Shown: in pieces, positions 23,480 through 36,157 of the stretch
How the letters are laid out: every line of letters starts with the position of its first letter
Position numbering within the stretch: the stretch's first letter is position 1
DNA from: Sphyrna mokarran
Taxonomy: Eukaryota
NCBI GenBank assembly: GCA_024679065.1
Contig: JAGIQG010000019.1
Span: 22,506,001 to 22,570,000, forward strand
Direction of reading: 5' to 3'
DNA: 64,000 nt
Made by a program: the position numbers and the translations under genes
The notes under the pieces: model-generated
What the model was told of the DNA's origin: nothing
Databases searched by the model: none
Seen by the model: only the letters and a program-made list of their open reading frames with translations

Positions 23480-24330
23480 CACACGCACATACAGTGAGGA
23501 GCAGTTGAATGGAAGATCACCCTGGAGCAACTGAAAGTAGAAAATACAAACGCAGATGCAGACTTCCATCACTTTGAGGGTCTGAGGCTGCCAGGCGTTG
23601 TTGTCCTCCCCTGTGTGTGGGTCTGGAGGAGTGTTGGTCATAGGGAGTGGAGCATCAGATGGCTGAGCACACCTAGGGTGTCTTGGGTGGAAGGCCTGGG
23701 GCTGCACTCCTGCGAGCCCTCTTCCCTAAGGGGTCCCTGCATAGAATAGAGGGAAAGCTGGAGTGAGATCCAGAAGCTTCACTATTCTCTATACCATGAA
23801 GCTCCTGCCCTTTGAAATGGAAGGCAGACTTTTCTTGGACGCACGAAGAACATCATTCATTTTCTTCCAGAACTGTTGCCTCTTTCTGTTATGGAGTGAG
23901 CTGGCACTCACTATCTGGCCATTGCCTCCCAAGCTGGGCAGAGGTGGTGACTTTGCTTGATGGATGTCTGTGCAACCGTAGGTAGAGAATGTCACATATC
24001 TGCCTCACACCACCCAGGAGTTTGGTGAGGGATTTGGTCTTGGTGCTGACTTTGTGGCAGCTATTCGCTCCTCCCCCAACCCCGCCAACTGGACTGGAAC
24101 AAGTGCAGGGGAGTGGTGGGCAAAGAATTTTAACAGAGCGCCCCACTGATTAACTCTTTCCAAGGAATCAGAAGCCAGCCTTTATGAGTGGATCATGAAT
24201 CACATGGGGGAAAAAGAGTGTTGAAGAGGCTCAACATTGGGTGAGTTTTCCCATCGGTGCCAATGGCAAGATTCTCCCCGGTTTTCTCAGCTGGAACCAA
24301 CACTGAAAAAATATGGTAAAATTCCAACCA
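23480..24330 (-). mobile_element. Third Harbinger-type remnant with Myb/SANT-like fragment
   Basis: Minus strand reads IVSASSLHNRKRQQFWKKMNDVLRASK (~23915-23830). Acceptor CTTATTCTATGCAG near 23738. TIR-like end GGTAAAATTCCAACC near 24329. Confidence 0.65.
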
Positions 24331-25727
24331 TAGAACAAAATTCTTAGTTGATTAAGAGGCAAAAATTGGCACAACTCTATGTTGCTCAGCTTTCTAAAAC
24401 CAACTTTTCAATTTTTCAAAAATTAATTATTTATTTTGTAATATAAATGACCCATTTGGACACAAGAGGAGGATATTGGTGTAAGCCAGTACTTCAGAGT
24501 GAACTCAGAGAATCAGCAACCTGTTTTATATTCTCCTCATTTACCTTCTCAGTGCAATGTGTCTGCTGATTCACCATGAGCTCCTTTCACTTGATTGGTA
24601 AAGACCAACTTCACCCCTACGGGTGTCAGACAGAAAACTAATTATGTAATTATAATGATATACAAGAATGACGGAATTATTGTGGCAGGAACATACGGCG
24701 TAAGTGGGTCAATCAATAAATTAGCCCTTGTTTAAAGAAAATGATGTGGTATGTACTCAATGCCTGGAGAATCAAAATTGGACTAAAGCCTTTAATTAAA
24801 AGTATGTAAGGAATCAAACCTGCAGAACCCAAAGGATTTTTTTTGTCTTCTAAACGGAAGAACAGTAGGTTGCAGTAAGATGTCAAGGGTTTCCAAATCC
24901 AACATCAGATATTGCTTAAGATAAAACAACTAAGGCAATGAATGAGAAATTGAACTCCACAGAGACCTTGGGTTCTGACAGTCAATGCGTTTCTAAGCTT
25001 TCTGTTAAAATTAATGACTTGTGCATCGTTCAGGATGCAATTATCAAACTCCTGTAGGGGTACACCTGATTACACTTTCGGCTGCTTAGCCTGTCTGCTT
25101 TCAGCATGTGACAAAGAGATGCACTCAATACTTTAAATCTTGTAACCTCCGTTCGCTTCAATGCAGCATTTACATTCTGATGTTAACTAATGGCATATTT
25201 ACTTTGAATGTTGGAAATCGCTTAACAGATGTCTATTGCTTCCTCTGTGAAAATGCTTACATTTAACAAGTTTATATCTGTAATTTGAAATAGAAAATAT
25301 TAATTAGCAAACTGATGATGTAAAGTACAGTGCTTAATATGTTATTTTGATGGTGGTTTTATTTCGTAGGGCCCTTGTAATGAGCTACGAATCAAAGCAC
25401 CAAATTACTTACAAACCAATTGATCCATTTATCATAGGTTCCCAATTGAAATTAAAGTTGTGTGTTAATTTTGCAAAATAAAATGGAATTTATCTTCTAG
25501 TTAACAGGAAAATGTTGGCCAGAATCAGAGCACTTCTGGCTTTTAGAAGAGAAAAAATAAAATGAAAAATGATGACCTTTGTAATGTTTGGGCAGTTCTG
25601 AATCATTTGCATATCTAATTGCAGATGATGAGCTCTTCCTTTTCCTTGCACCAAAAAATGAATCCATTTTAGTGTTAAGCTTTAGTGAGATCTGTAACAG
25701 TACATCATTCAGAAAAAGAAATGTTGG

Positions 25728-25840
25728 GTGTCATGGTGGCACAGTGATTAGCACTGCTGCCTCACAAGGTCAGGAACCTGGGTTCAATTCCCGGCTTCAA
25801 TCATCGTGTGTGGAGTTTGCATGTTCTCTTCATGTCTACG
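25728..25840 (+). mobile_element. HE1-type SINE 5' fragment
   Basis: GGTGGCACAGTGATTAGCACTGCTGCCTCAC...GGGTTCAATTCCCGG. Confidence 0.85.
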
Positions 25841-27089
25841 TGACGTTGCATTCAAAAATGCAATGTCCGGGCTCTAAATGTTCCAAAGAATGGAACCTGG
25901 CCTGGTGTTAACTGCAAATAACAGTTGGACAGCACTAAGGACTATATTGGCAGATTTGGGAAGATTGAGTAATAACTCAATAATTGAGTAATAAGGCCAC
26001 AATTGAGTGGGGAAAAATATATTGAAGATACTGCACAAGGGAAAATCTGAAGATCCAGGAAGGAGGCTTTCAAAAATCTGGAAATCATGTTCAACCTGCA
26101 GGATTACAGCTGAGGAAAACACCTACCAACATATTGCCAGCAATGCTGTCTCTATTGGAAACTGTCCGGATGAGTTAGTTACCAGGAAACTAATGGGTGG
26201 TCCACTTGGATACATAAGAGCAATCCATGCTAATTCCAGGAATGAAAACCGGAGTGGTGCAATGTCACTTCAGTTTGAGTGAAAGGGCCCTTGATGGGCC
26301 AAGGATTCAGAAATACAAAAATGCACCTTCTCCATGCAGACATTTTCTGGACATTTTTTAAACCAATTCCCTTTCACTCATGCATATTGATGCCTTTCCA
26401 AGATCTATGATGGAACTCATAGCATCCCTTAACTTACTAGACATCCATTTGTCTTATTGAAGATGTAATTTTTGGAATTTTTGGGCTTGTCTAAGAATGC
26501 AGTTCACCCCCCCACCGCCCCCCACAATCACTCATGTGGAAAGTAGGCAGAAGACTTGCCTATCACTTTGTAACTGGAAACAGAAATGGAGCAGAAACGG
26601 TGGATCCATGAACTGCCCCTACTTTTATGCCTCCAATTTGTATTGTAAGTATATTTTCCTCTTTAACTTTGGGATTTGTTCGCCAGGATTTCGATTTTCC
26701 ACTAAGCAAGACAAACAGCAGAAGCTTAAAAGCTAATTATGTGGTAGTAGGCATGAAATAACTTCATAGGAATGCTTCATAGGGCAAGTGTAGAAAAATA
26801 AGGTCATTATTTACACAACAACATTTAAAAAGAAGGCATTATTGAACATGCAATGCAGATTTAAGTGTAAATTCCAACAGAGTTCTCCTATTAATGTACC
26901 ATAACTATAGAGGTAGATCAGCAGGTAAACCAGAGAGACAGCAAAATATCATTACTAATTTTGAAAGAAATGAACCAGGAAATAACAAAATCTCCACCAC
27001 AATATGTGAAAAAGATATGTTAATAGTTCAAACAAATTTTCAAAAGTAATAAAAAAATCATGTGGAATGCATTTTGGAATGTTTTCTAA

Positions 27090-27335
27090 GTCTTTATCTC
27101 AGGAGTGTCAAGGGATATGGCCTACAGCAGGTAAATGCACTACTGCCCTGTCTGCCATGGGAATTGGAGTGGGTGAGGGACAGATAATGGGACCTCCTGC
27201 AGGATCTTCCAGTCTCGGATCGAACGAATCTGTAAAATCCCATCCATGAAGTTAGGCCACAGATTAGCCATGATCTTATTGAATGGCCAAGTGGAATCGA
27301 GGGGCTAAATAGCCTTCTCCTGCTCCTATGTTCCC
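27090..27335 (+). mobile_element. CR1-type LINE 3' tail with an internal insertion
   Basis: GTCAAGGGATATGG...GATTAGCCATGATCTTATTGAATGG...GAGGGGCTAAATAGCCTTCTCCTGCTCCTATGTTC. Confidence 0.65.
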
Positions 27336-27873
27336 AGAAGTTCAATGAGGAAAGATGCAATATTGGAGAAGGAATAGGAATGAATGACCTGAAGTTGTGA
27401 CACCATTTAGCAGCCAATGATGACAAAATTAGAATTATGGTAAGAATAGACAAAATTAAATAAATCAAAACTAAGTATGATGAACTCAAAGGGTTAAGTT
27501 CCAAAAGCCAGATGATTTTAGTGAAAAAGTTGGCAGATAAAGCAATACTGGAAACGTGGAATCTTAAAAATGTGAATTGGAAAGAATGCAGAATAAAGGT
27601 ACTATGATCAGTAATAAAGAGTTTGTGGCAAAGATCACAGTTCAAGTGATGGATAAGGGAACATCAAAGGAGGCAATGATTATTTTAATGTTGGTAAAGA
27701 AGAAATCAGAAAAACTAGGGAAATGGCAATAAATGCTGGCCTAGCCAGCGACACTCAGATCCTATGAATGAATTTTTAATAATAACTCATGCATAAGTGG
27801 AAGTGATTTCTACCCCATCGTACTTGTTCATCATTTTGCAGTCCTTTATCAAGTTTCTCTTCAGTCTTTTTTG

Positions 27874-28175
27874 GGCAGCATGGTGGCACAATGGTTAGCA
27901 CTGCTGCCTCACAGTGCCAGGGACCCAGGTTCGATACTGGCTGTGTGGAGTTTGCACCTCCTCTCTGTGTCTGTGTGTGTTTCCTCTGGGTGCTTTGTTT
28001 CTTTCCATAGTCCAAAGATGTGCAGGTTAGGTTGATTGCTAAATTGGCATTAGTGTCAGGGGTATTATCAAAGTAAATATGTAGGGTTATGTGGAAAGGG
28101 CCTGGGTAGAATTGTTGTTGGTACAGACTTGATGGACCAAATGGTCTCCTTCTGCGCTGTAGGGATTCTATAATT
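27874..28175 (+). mobile_element. HE1-type SINE, full length
   Basis: GGCAGCATGGTGGCACAATGGTTAGCACTGCTGCCTCACAGTGCCAGGGACCCAGGTTCGAT...TTCTGCGCTGTAGGGATTCTAT. Confidence 0.92.
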
Positions 28176-29086
28176 CTATTGTTCCATTTTAAGAATGAGC
28201 AGTCCCACCCTGCTCAACCTTTGCTGATTATTGCATCTACTCAATTCTGATATATCCTCATAAATCTTTTCTTCACTTTGTCTGGAGTTTCAACATTTTT
28301 GCAGAACTGTGCACAATATACTCTAACTGAATATAATTCAATGTAAATTTATATTCCCCCCGTGCTTTTATATTCCAATATTCTAGAAATTATGCTTCAT
28401 ACATTTCTTGCATTTTTAATGGCCTTGAGTCTCTTTTCTACACAGTCTTCAAAAGTTCAATTCCTCTCTTGTTTCTTTGTGACCAGAAATGCGAAGCGAT
28501 ATTCTAGAGGCCCAGAGATATTGCATGTTACATAGCAGTGTTTTACCAAAATATCAGAATTGACACATCTCTCAAATTGTGATTTATGGTTACCATGAAA
28601 AGCCCCAGATCATAGTCATTCATTGTGCCCGTAGTCTGGGCCCAAAGGACTACGGTTAGGCCAAGGTCTGTAGGAAGCCGGAATACTGGGTGACCTAGAA
28701 AGGAAAAGTGTATCCATTTGTAACTGCCTCTGAATTTCTATCCCTCATTCTGCCGGAAGGCATTGCCTGGAAACAGAAAGGTCACCCCTTTCTTCATCAG
28801 AATTTGGAGCACTTTCTCTAAATAGTAAATCTTCTCAGAATTATTTTTCTTTACAGTTTGTTTTATTTGCCATAGTTTTGTAAGGGAGTTAAACAACTGG
28901 CTTAAGATAATCCAGCGCCAAGATAATGGAAAGAATCGAACATGCATCAAAGATGTTATTAATTGTTAAAGTGATGTGTCGCACTTATTACCTAATATTT
29001 TGAGGGTTAGGTTCCCAAAGGTTAACTCCAATCAGTAATGACCAGTCCAGTACATTATATTGAATCCATTATGGTACTAAGACTGA

Positions 29087-29223
29087 GGGCAGGGTTTTTC
29101 AGCCGTGCTCGAACCAAGACTGTAAAATCTCATACATAGTCAATGCATCTTTGCATGGTCCACCATCCCCCTCCCCTACTTGCTACGATTTTTGTGATGA
29201 GTCGGACGGGAAATTTTCACCCC
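29087..29223. mobile_element. ~135-bp MITE, same family as 1638-1764 in the opposite orientation
   Basis: GGGCAGGGTTTTTC...GGGAAATTTTCACCC ends. Interior matches the reverse complement of 1638-1764. Confidence 0.6.
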
Positions 29224-30080
29224 GAATTTGCTGCTTCAGCTAATTTGCTTGTGATATTTTGCAACAATTTTTTATGCTTTGTTATTTTTCCAGAAGGAGG
29301 TTGGATAATCTTTGACCAGTTGCATTGTGGTCACTATGGGTGAAAACCACCTATCATAATGATTGACAAGCATGACTAGATGAACTATCAAATATAGCCC
29401 ACAAATGGCTGATTGCTTAAGGCAAAAGTGAAGATTTGTAAGACGGCTGCAATCAGATAAAGTGAGAATGAAAATCAGTGTCAAACTGAGTTTCCAGAGC
29501 TTTGCAAGTTTCAGAGAATTAGCCACCTGCTAGCTGTTCTCTGGAGGAGATTGATCCAGTTTTTCATTCTGTGACTGTTTTTGCATTACTTCCTATAACA
29601 TTCTGAGTTGACTTTATCACAAGCAAAGGGTGATGCAACATCCATAAAAGCACCTGCAGATATTCATTTAACAATGTCATTCCTTAATAATCTACTATTT
29701 CAAAGAATACATAAGTCACGTACAGAAAGGGTAAGGTAATAAAATGAAGTTTTGTGTATATTAGAATTCATAACATAAAAATTGGAAAAATAAGTGATTT
29801 TATTCTGATTCAGCTTTAAGATGCCTTAAATCTGTTTTGCAATAGTGGCTTCTTTTTAAAGATCGACTTTTAAATCATCATAGGAATTATCCAAGGCTTT
29901 CTGACTAATACAGGCACAGAAATGTTCGTTTCTCTGGGAGTGGTGGATGCTGCGATCTATATCACTAGATTGATGATATAAACATATCATGGGCTGGATT
30001 TTCCATCTTCCATATGGCAGACTGACAGGCAGCGGGCACAATAAAATGCTGTTAAACTACAAATGAGAAACACCAAAGTA

Positions 30081-30796
30081 TGTTATGAAGCCCGACTATA
30101 CCGCAGAAGTTTTTCTATTTTGGCACTATAGTGAGATTAAAGCTTTTCATTCTAGGTGTGATTCTATTGTCACACTTGGAAGCTTTTATCAAAACAAACT
30201 TTATATTTAACAACACAGTTTAACAAGGTACAATTCTTAACTGCTAACTATCTCTATTAGTTCCAATTCCAGCTCCATTCCTCTTATGGACTTAAACTCC
30301 TCTTCAAAATCTGTTAGCAGCATATTGTCTTTTGTGTTTGTACTTGGGCTGCCAGGCCTTGAGCCTCCAAAACATCCCTGGAGAAAAAGCAAGAGAGAGA
30401 GAGAGAAAAATACTTATTTTGCTTACTAAGTCCCAAGCAGCATCCCTCAGAGATGGAGAGAAAGACCTTGTGCTTCTTTCAGAACCTGGCAGTAACTGTC
30501 TGCTTTTTCCTGTAAGTTTAGCTCCTTCCTTTAAACACATGATTCTGTCAATCAACCTAATCAAAACCCCACTTTGAAACTCCAAGGGGGAAAAAAACAA
30601 ATAAACAAAAATGATTGAACTCAGATTAAAGCAAACACATTCCTAGCTAAGATCAATCATTAGTCTGCATTCTCAGCATGAGAGCTGTTTGGTGTCCAGA
30701 CAAATCAGCACCATGTGAAACAGAACTGAATGTTAAACATACCCCTCACAAGAAATACGATATGAATATATTTCTTAAAGGCACAATATTATCACA
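30081..30796 (-). mobile_element. Possible solo LTR
   Basis: Begins TGTTAT and ends ATCACA (TG...CA with short inverted ends). Shares general similarity with ~56420-57030. No TSD visible. Confidence 0.35.
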
Positions 30797-33700
30797 TCGT
30801 GACTGCCATCTATCCACTCATCTTCGACCTGCTGCAATTTTGCCAGTGGCCAGTGGCAAACTAAGGCGAATCAACCTTAGCTGACCCGCTTGTGATATCA
30901 CAAACTAGAAGCTAGCCAGAACACTGGGTGTTATGTATAGGGGGAGGCCACACCTTCAATGTGAAATGCCATGCTTACTATGCCTGGTACACAGGGCATT
31001 TCATCTTCTCATCTTTGACTTTAGTGTGTATATATATATATATACTAATATTATACAGTGTGATTTCCAAATTCCCTATTTATTGTGTTTAATATTCAGA
31101 CTGATCCTTTTTCTCCTGCTTAAATGTCACATTGAGCACTTTTTTTATCTCATTTATCTTGACAGTTTAAAAAAAACAGCTTATGGTCACATTCTGTCCC
31201 ATATATTCCTTTCCTGGAAGTTTATATGTCACTATGTTTGTTTCCTTGACCTGTTTTCCAATTAAATTTATCCTGAAATTCTGATTTCCAGCCTTTTCGT
31301 TTTCTGCTACTAATCAGTCAAAAAATAATGAAGTTTAAAAATAATATTCTGTATGTAATTTGAACAGTGATATAGTGTCTCAGTTTTAAGAAGGATAAAT
31401 CATTATAATGTTGATTAGAAGTTACCATTGCTTTATGCTACAGGCATTATCAACTGGTTGTATCCTGAAATGCATTAGAGCTGAGCTGATAACTGTTGCA
31501 GAAAATACCTCCAGCTATTTTCCATCTTATTCACTGCAAATGCAGAGAAATAGGGAAGAGTGGCATTTCAGATCACTGTGCTTTCCTTCTATCCCACCGT
31601 TAATTATAGCTGACAAACTCTTGAACATTTAGATTGCTCGGAATAGAGAAGAAGACTGATAAAGGCTAGGCTAGTCAAGCATTTCTTTGGAGACTTCTTG
31701 ACAAGTTAGAATTTAAAGGGAAATGGGTGTACAAGCAGCAGAAAAGGTCTTCACGATTGCAAATATCTGCAAATTTGAAACATCATGAACTCTTACTGCT
31801 TGGACAAAGGTTAAAGTAATGCATGGAATTTTCCCCAAATATTTCCAAGTGTTGCCCAAGCAGAAAGCCAGTGAGATTCCCGCTAGATGGATCAGTACGA
31901 TTCAGTTCACAATTAACCTACATTTGGAAATTCTTTGGTGTTAGGACCTAATGTTGGTAGATCTGACTCCCTGGTCTTCTGACAACTCTGCATGACCACT
32001 CCCATTCACCAATTAAGACCAACACCCCCCCTCCTCCTCCCCCCCACCCCCACCCCCACCCCCACCCCCACCTACTCCCAAATCCTCAATACCAGTACAC
32101 AGCACACAACTGAGCAAAACACAGCAAGCATCTCCCTTTTCAGCAGGCTTCCTTAAGACCCCTATGAACCTCCTTCCCCTCTTTCCAGCCTTCCCATCAG
32201 CCAACACCATCCCCCTCACCCCACCCACCCTTGACATTTCGAACCTGGCACCCTGGCAGTTCCAACCTTGCTAAGCATGAACCAGATTTCATTATGGGGG
32301 TGGGGAGAATCATGAAGGGGGTTTTTCCCAAAGTTAAACATGATTAGGTCCCTCTCCCTGTGATTCTCTGGCCCCACACGGTCCCAGCATGATCTGTGCA
32401 CAAGCGTGCATGGCTGGAGAATTGCACCCAATATTACAAAGATCAATAAACTTCAGTTCTGTTTTTTCACCTGTGTGTTACTAACAATTTAATTAAAACT
32501 CGTATAAGCAACTACAAGGAATTAATTATCTATCCTACATTGTAGATTGGGTGCAGAAGGCATACAAAATATATTGAGTGCTTGACAGCTTATAGAACTT
32601 GCTTACTTTGTGTCTGTTAAGTACTGTATCAAGTGCTGAATTGTAACAAGAGGAATTAAGTCATTGATACGCTTCCTCCTTGAACTTACCAATAAGAGTA
32701 TGGGTTTTTGTCAAGTATCTAATAAACAAACATGTTTGCATCATTTAATCCAGTAAACACTGAGGAAATTGAGAGGATTTCAGTCACGTTCAACAGCTAA
32801 AGTTGTGATTAGAATATAGGCTCCCTCATCTTCAGACAAAAGTGTTATCGTGGAAAATATTAAAAATTAGCAGACTCTAGTTCATCCTCATTTTTTTTAA
32901 GACTGAAGTCAATGTCATAGGGAGAGATGGCTAAGCAGACTTTTATTTTAACCTGTTCCAAAATTCCTTGACTCCTTGATTAGAAATTACAAGCCAATAA
33001 TGCAACATGGATAAAATGAAAAGTTCTGAATGAGAGATGAGCCTGGCTTAGAATCGTAAAGTAATGACTTGCATTTAGATAGTGTCCTACTTTACAGAAA
33101 CATTCCAATTTGCTCACAGGAGTGTTGTCAAATTTAGCTATAATTGCCAAAGATTGAGACAAATCAGTAGTCTTTAAGGAGCTTCTTAAAAGGAGAATAT
33201 AGAGGTAGAGAGATTTTAGGGGGAGAATAATCTAAGTCTTGAGCCAATGTAAGTGAACAAACACTGCAGCAATAATGAAATTGCAAGAAAAAGGCATGAG
33301 CTAGAATCCAGAATCAAATTATTGTAATGGTTTTGGAGAAATGTAGGATAGACAAGATTACAGAGATAAGGAGGGTAATTAGCAATGAGGAAGAGATTAA
33401 TAAACAGCCTTGACACAATGAGTTGAACTACATTTCACACTGAAAATGACAAATGTTGACTGTGATGCAAAATTCTAATGTTATTTTGCATACTTGGTAG
33501 TATTTTGAGAGATTACTGCTGGTAAAGATTGTAAGAACAACAGTTATCTCTGAATAGAGAGAATTTAGAAAGAGCTACAGGTTAAAATGAATTGACTACT
33601 TTTACCACACTGGTTAACATATTTGTCTAAAATTCCACAGTGAAGTTATCAACTTGCTCGTTTTAAATGGGTTAATACTTAAATTAAAATAATGCACGTA

Positions 33701-33990
33701 GGAATTTTACATAAGTCTGTTAACTAGTCTGCTGGAAATAGAACACAGTGGATTTCAACCTCCTAGAGAATTTGCAGTGGATTATTAAGAGACAAATCAG
33801 AACTTTCTGAAAGCCTAATGCATGTCCCACAACCCCTGAGGACTGAGATCAGCTACATTTCTGTGGTGTTGATGGGTTGGATTGTATGAAGTGCAGACCA
33901 TTTTTATCTCCTGCACTGATCTTATAACTTTTCAGTTGTCCTAAGTCCAGAAGCAAGATTTCTTTTTGAGGTTGCCTAATAAACAACTAT

Positions 33991-34016
33991 TCATCATCAT
34001 CATCTTCATCATCATC
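33991..34016. repeat. (CAT)n trinucleotide microsatellite
   Basis: TCATCATCATCATCTTCATCATCATC. Confidence 0.9.
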
Positions 34017-34500
34017 AACAGTGAAAGCAATGTCCATATTTCTTAAGATATCTGAAGGTGCTCAACATTATGACAGAGACAGTTGAAGCTGAACAAGATG
34101 GTGAAGGGAAAAATGGTGAGTTTGTGTTTTGGGAATTAGTGTGGGAGGCAGGTGAAGTCAAAGAGAACAGTTTTGTACAATGGTTTTATAAGTAAGGAAG
34201 AAGTGGGACTTCCAAACTGCAGGAGTCTTGTAGCTCAATGAATAGTGAAACAGAAACAGGGAGCAGACTAGTGAGTGAACAGTATCTGCGGAGAAATAAA
34301 GCAAGAGTGAACATTAAGGGTGGCACAATGGTTAGCACTGCTGCCTCACAGCGACAGGAACCCAGGTTCGATTACAACCTTGGGTCTGTGTGGAATCTGC
34401 ATGTTCTCCCCATGTCTGTGTGGGTTTCCTCCAGGTGCTCCAGTTCCTCCCACAGTCCAAAGTGCAGGTTAGGTGGATCAGCTGTGCTAAATTCATAGAA

Positions 34501-34855
34501 AGAAGTCTGATAACACTGGGTTTAAATCCAACCGATTTATTTGATAGTAAACTCACAAGCTTTCGAGCCTCTGGTCTTCATCAGGTGAATGAGGTATTCT
34601 GGTCTCAAACAGCACAAACTGTTTACAGATTACTGATTAGAATGCAAATCTTTACACCTAACCTGCTAATCAAGTCTTAAAGTGGTCGACAATGTGTGTG
34701 GATGGAGCACTGAGCACAGGTTAAAGAGATGTGTATTGTCTCCAGACAGCACAGTGAGGTTTTTTGCTAACTCAGGCAAGTCATGGGCGTTACAGATGTT
34801 GTCAGACTTCTTACTGTGTTTACCCCAGTCCAATGCCGACATCTCTACATCATGA
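34501..34855. mobile_element. PLE family 2 fragment with inverted terminus and 14-bp TSD
   Basis: Flanked by CTAAATTCATAGAA at 34487-34500 and 34856-34869. The body is the reverse complement of 36158-36412. It ends in an inverted short terminal piece. Confidence 0.8.
34551..34590 (-). ncRNA. Minimal type I hammerhead ribozyme motif (PLE-type)
   Basis: Minus strand: ATTCAC-CTGATGA-AGACCAGAGGCTC-GAAA-GCTT-GTGAGT. Core intact, 6-bp stem I, palindromic AGCT stem III, one mismatch in stem II. Confidence 0.65.
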
Positions 34856-36157
34856 CTAAATTCATAGAACCAGAGTATTCCTACAGTGCAAATTAGGCCC
34901 ATCATCAGAGAGTCTATCATTGACTCTCTGATAGAGTATTTTAACCCTTTCCCTCACTCTATCCCCATAACCCCAACACATGTACCACACTAATCGATCT
35001 AATCTACATATTGTGGGACCTTAAGGTTTATCATGGCCAATCCACCTAAACTAATTGTCCTTTAATGTCCAAAGATGTATAGGTTAGGTGGATTAACCAT
35101 GGTAAATGTGTGGGATTAGGGTGGAGGTGTGGGTCTGAATAAGATGCTCATTCGGAGAGTCAGTGCTGACTTCATGGGCCAAATGGTCTTTTTCTGCACT
35201 CTGTTTACAGAAATAGCAGTTTCTGTAAACTAGACTGAGAGACTTTTAAGAAGCAGAGCTTTCTAGGTTTCGAGAAACATGGGCCCATTTCTTTTGCCAT
35301 TGCTAATGTCCTGTGGATGGTGTTCAGTACAGACTGACCAGTTTCTCTTCAGTTCTTGGGTAAGATAATGTGTAATCTTATGTCAGTTTTAGTCACGTTA
35401 TTAACTATTATTTTTCACCAAGAATGGTTTGGAAATCTGAAACCATTGCTACATAATATAAGATAGACGGCAGCTTTCCATACCTACCTTTGAATAGTTC
35501 AAAGGTTTTGTTAAATATTGAGTTCAGAGACAATGGATCCAGGAGTCTATAAATTTTGAGTTGCTGGTAAACCACAAGCAATAGCACAGATGGGTTATGA
35601 CCCTACCCCTTGCTCCCTCCAATGTTATTCAATCAAGAACCTTCAGGAGACTTGAAGCAGAAATTGCAGAAGTTCCTGATCTGTGGCAGTTTTGCTGGTT
35701 GGCATTTTTAAATCAAATATGGTTCACAGAAAATACTGTACTCCATGCAAAGTATGATTCACATTATGAATGGAAAATTAATCTACTGGGCATGACAATA
35801 GCAATGTGAATGTAGGAGAAATAAATGCATATTATCTGTTTCTTTAATCTCTTTAACCTATATTATTTCCTCTTTTCTTGGAAGTTTGCACTGGAGTATA
35901 ATACCATGCACTGCAACAGGCTTCAGTTTATCTTGCACACGTGGTCACTTTTCATTTACCTAGTGTTATCAGGCTATTTTAGCGTAGATGAGACATCAAA
36001 CTGAGATCGATCATGTCCTTCACTGATGTTTACATATGCGTGTTATCCAGACAAAAATGATCATTGCAGGCTTATTTCCACTCACCATGCAAAATGTAGC
36101 ACATCTTATATCATTTGAGCTCTTGTATTGAAGAGATGGCACGATGGTTAGCACTGC

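Larger units (their letters stand above)
34318..35200 (+). mobile_element. HE1-type SINE split by a minus-strand SINE tail (~34862-35050) and a PLE
   Basis: Head and core 34318-34490. The tail resumes at ~35051 (CTAATTGTCCTTTAATGTCC...TTCTGCACT). Confidence 0.8.

Noticed and set aside
27874-27945. tRNA-like sequence with A and B boxes (and similar sites elsewhere)
   Set aside because: It is a SINE head running directly into the V-SINE core. No complete cloverleaf or Pol III terminator is evident.
28629-28655. Small hairpin CCGTAGTC-TGGGCCCAAAG-GACTACGG
   Set aside because: An 8-bp stem is expected by chance in 64 kb, and there is no supporting RNA-gene context.
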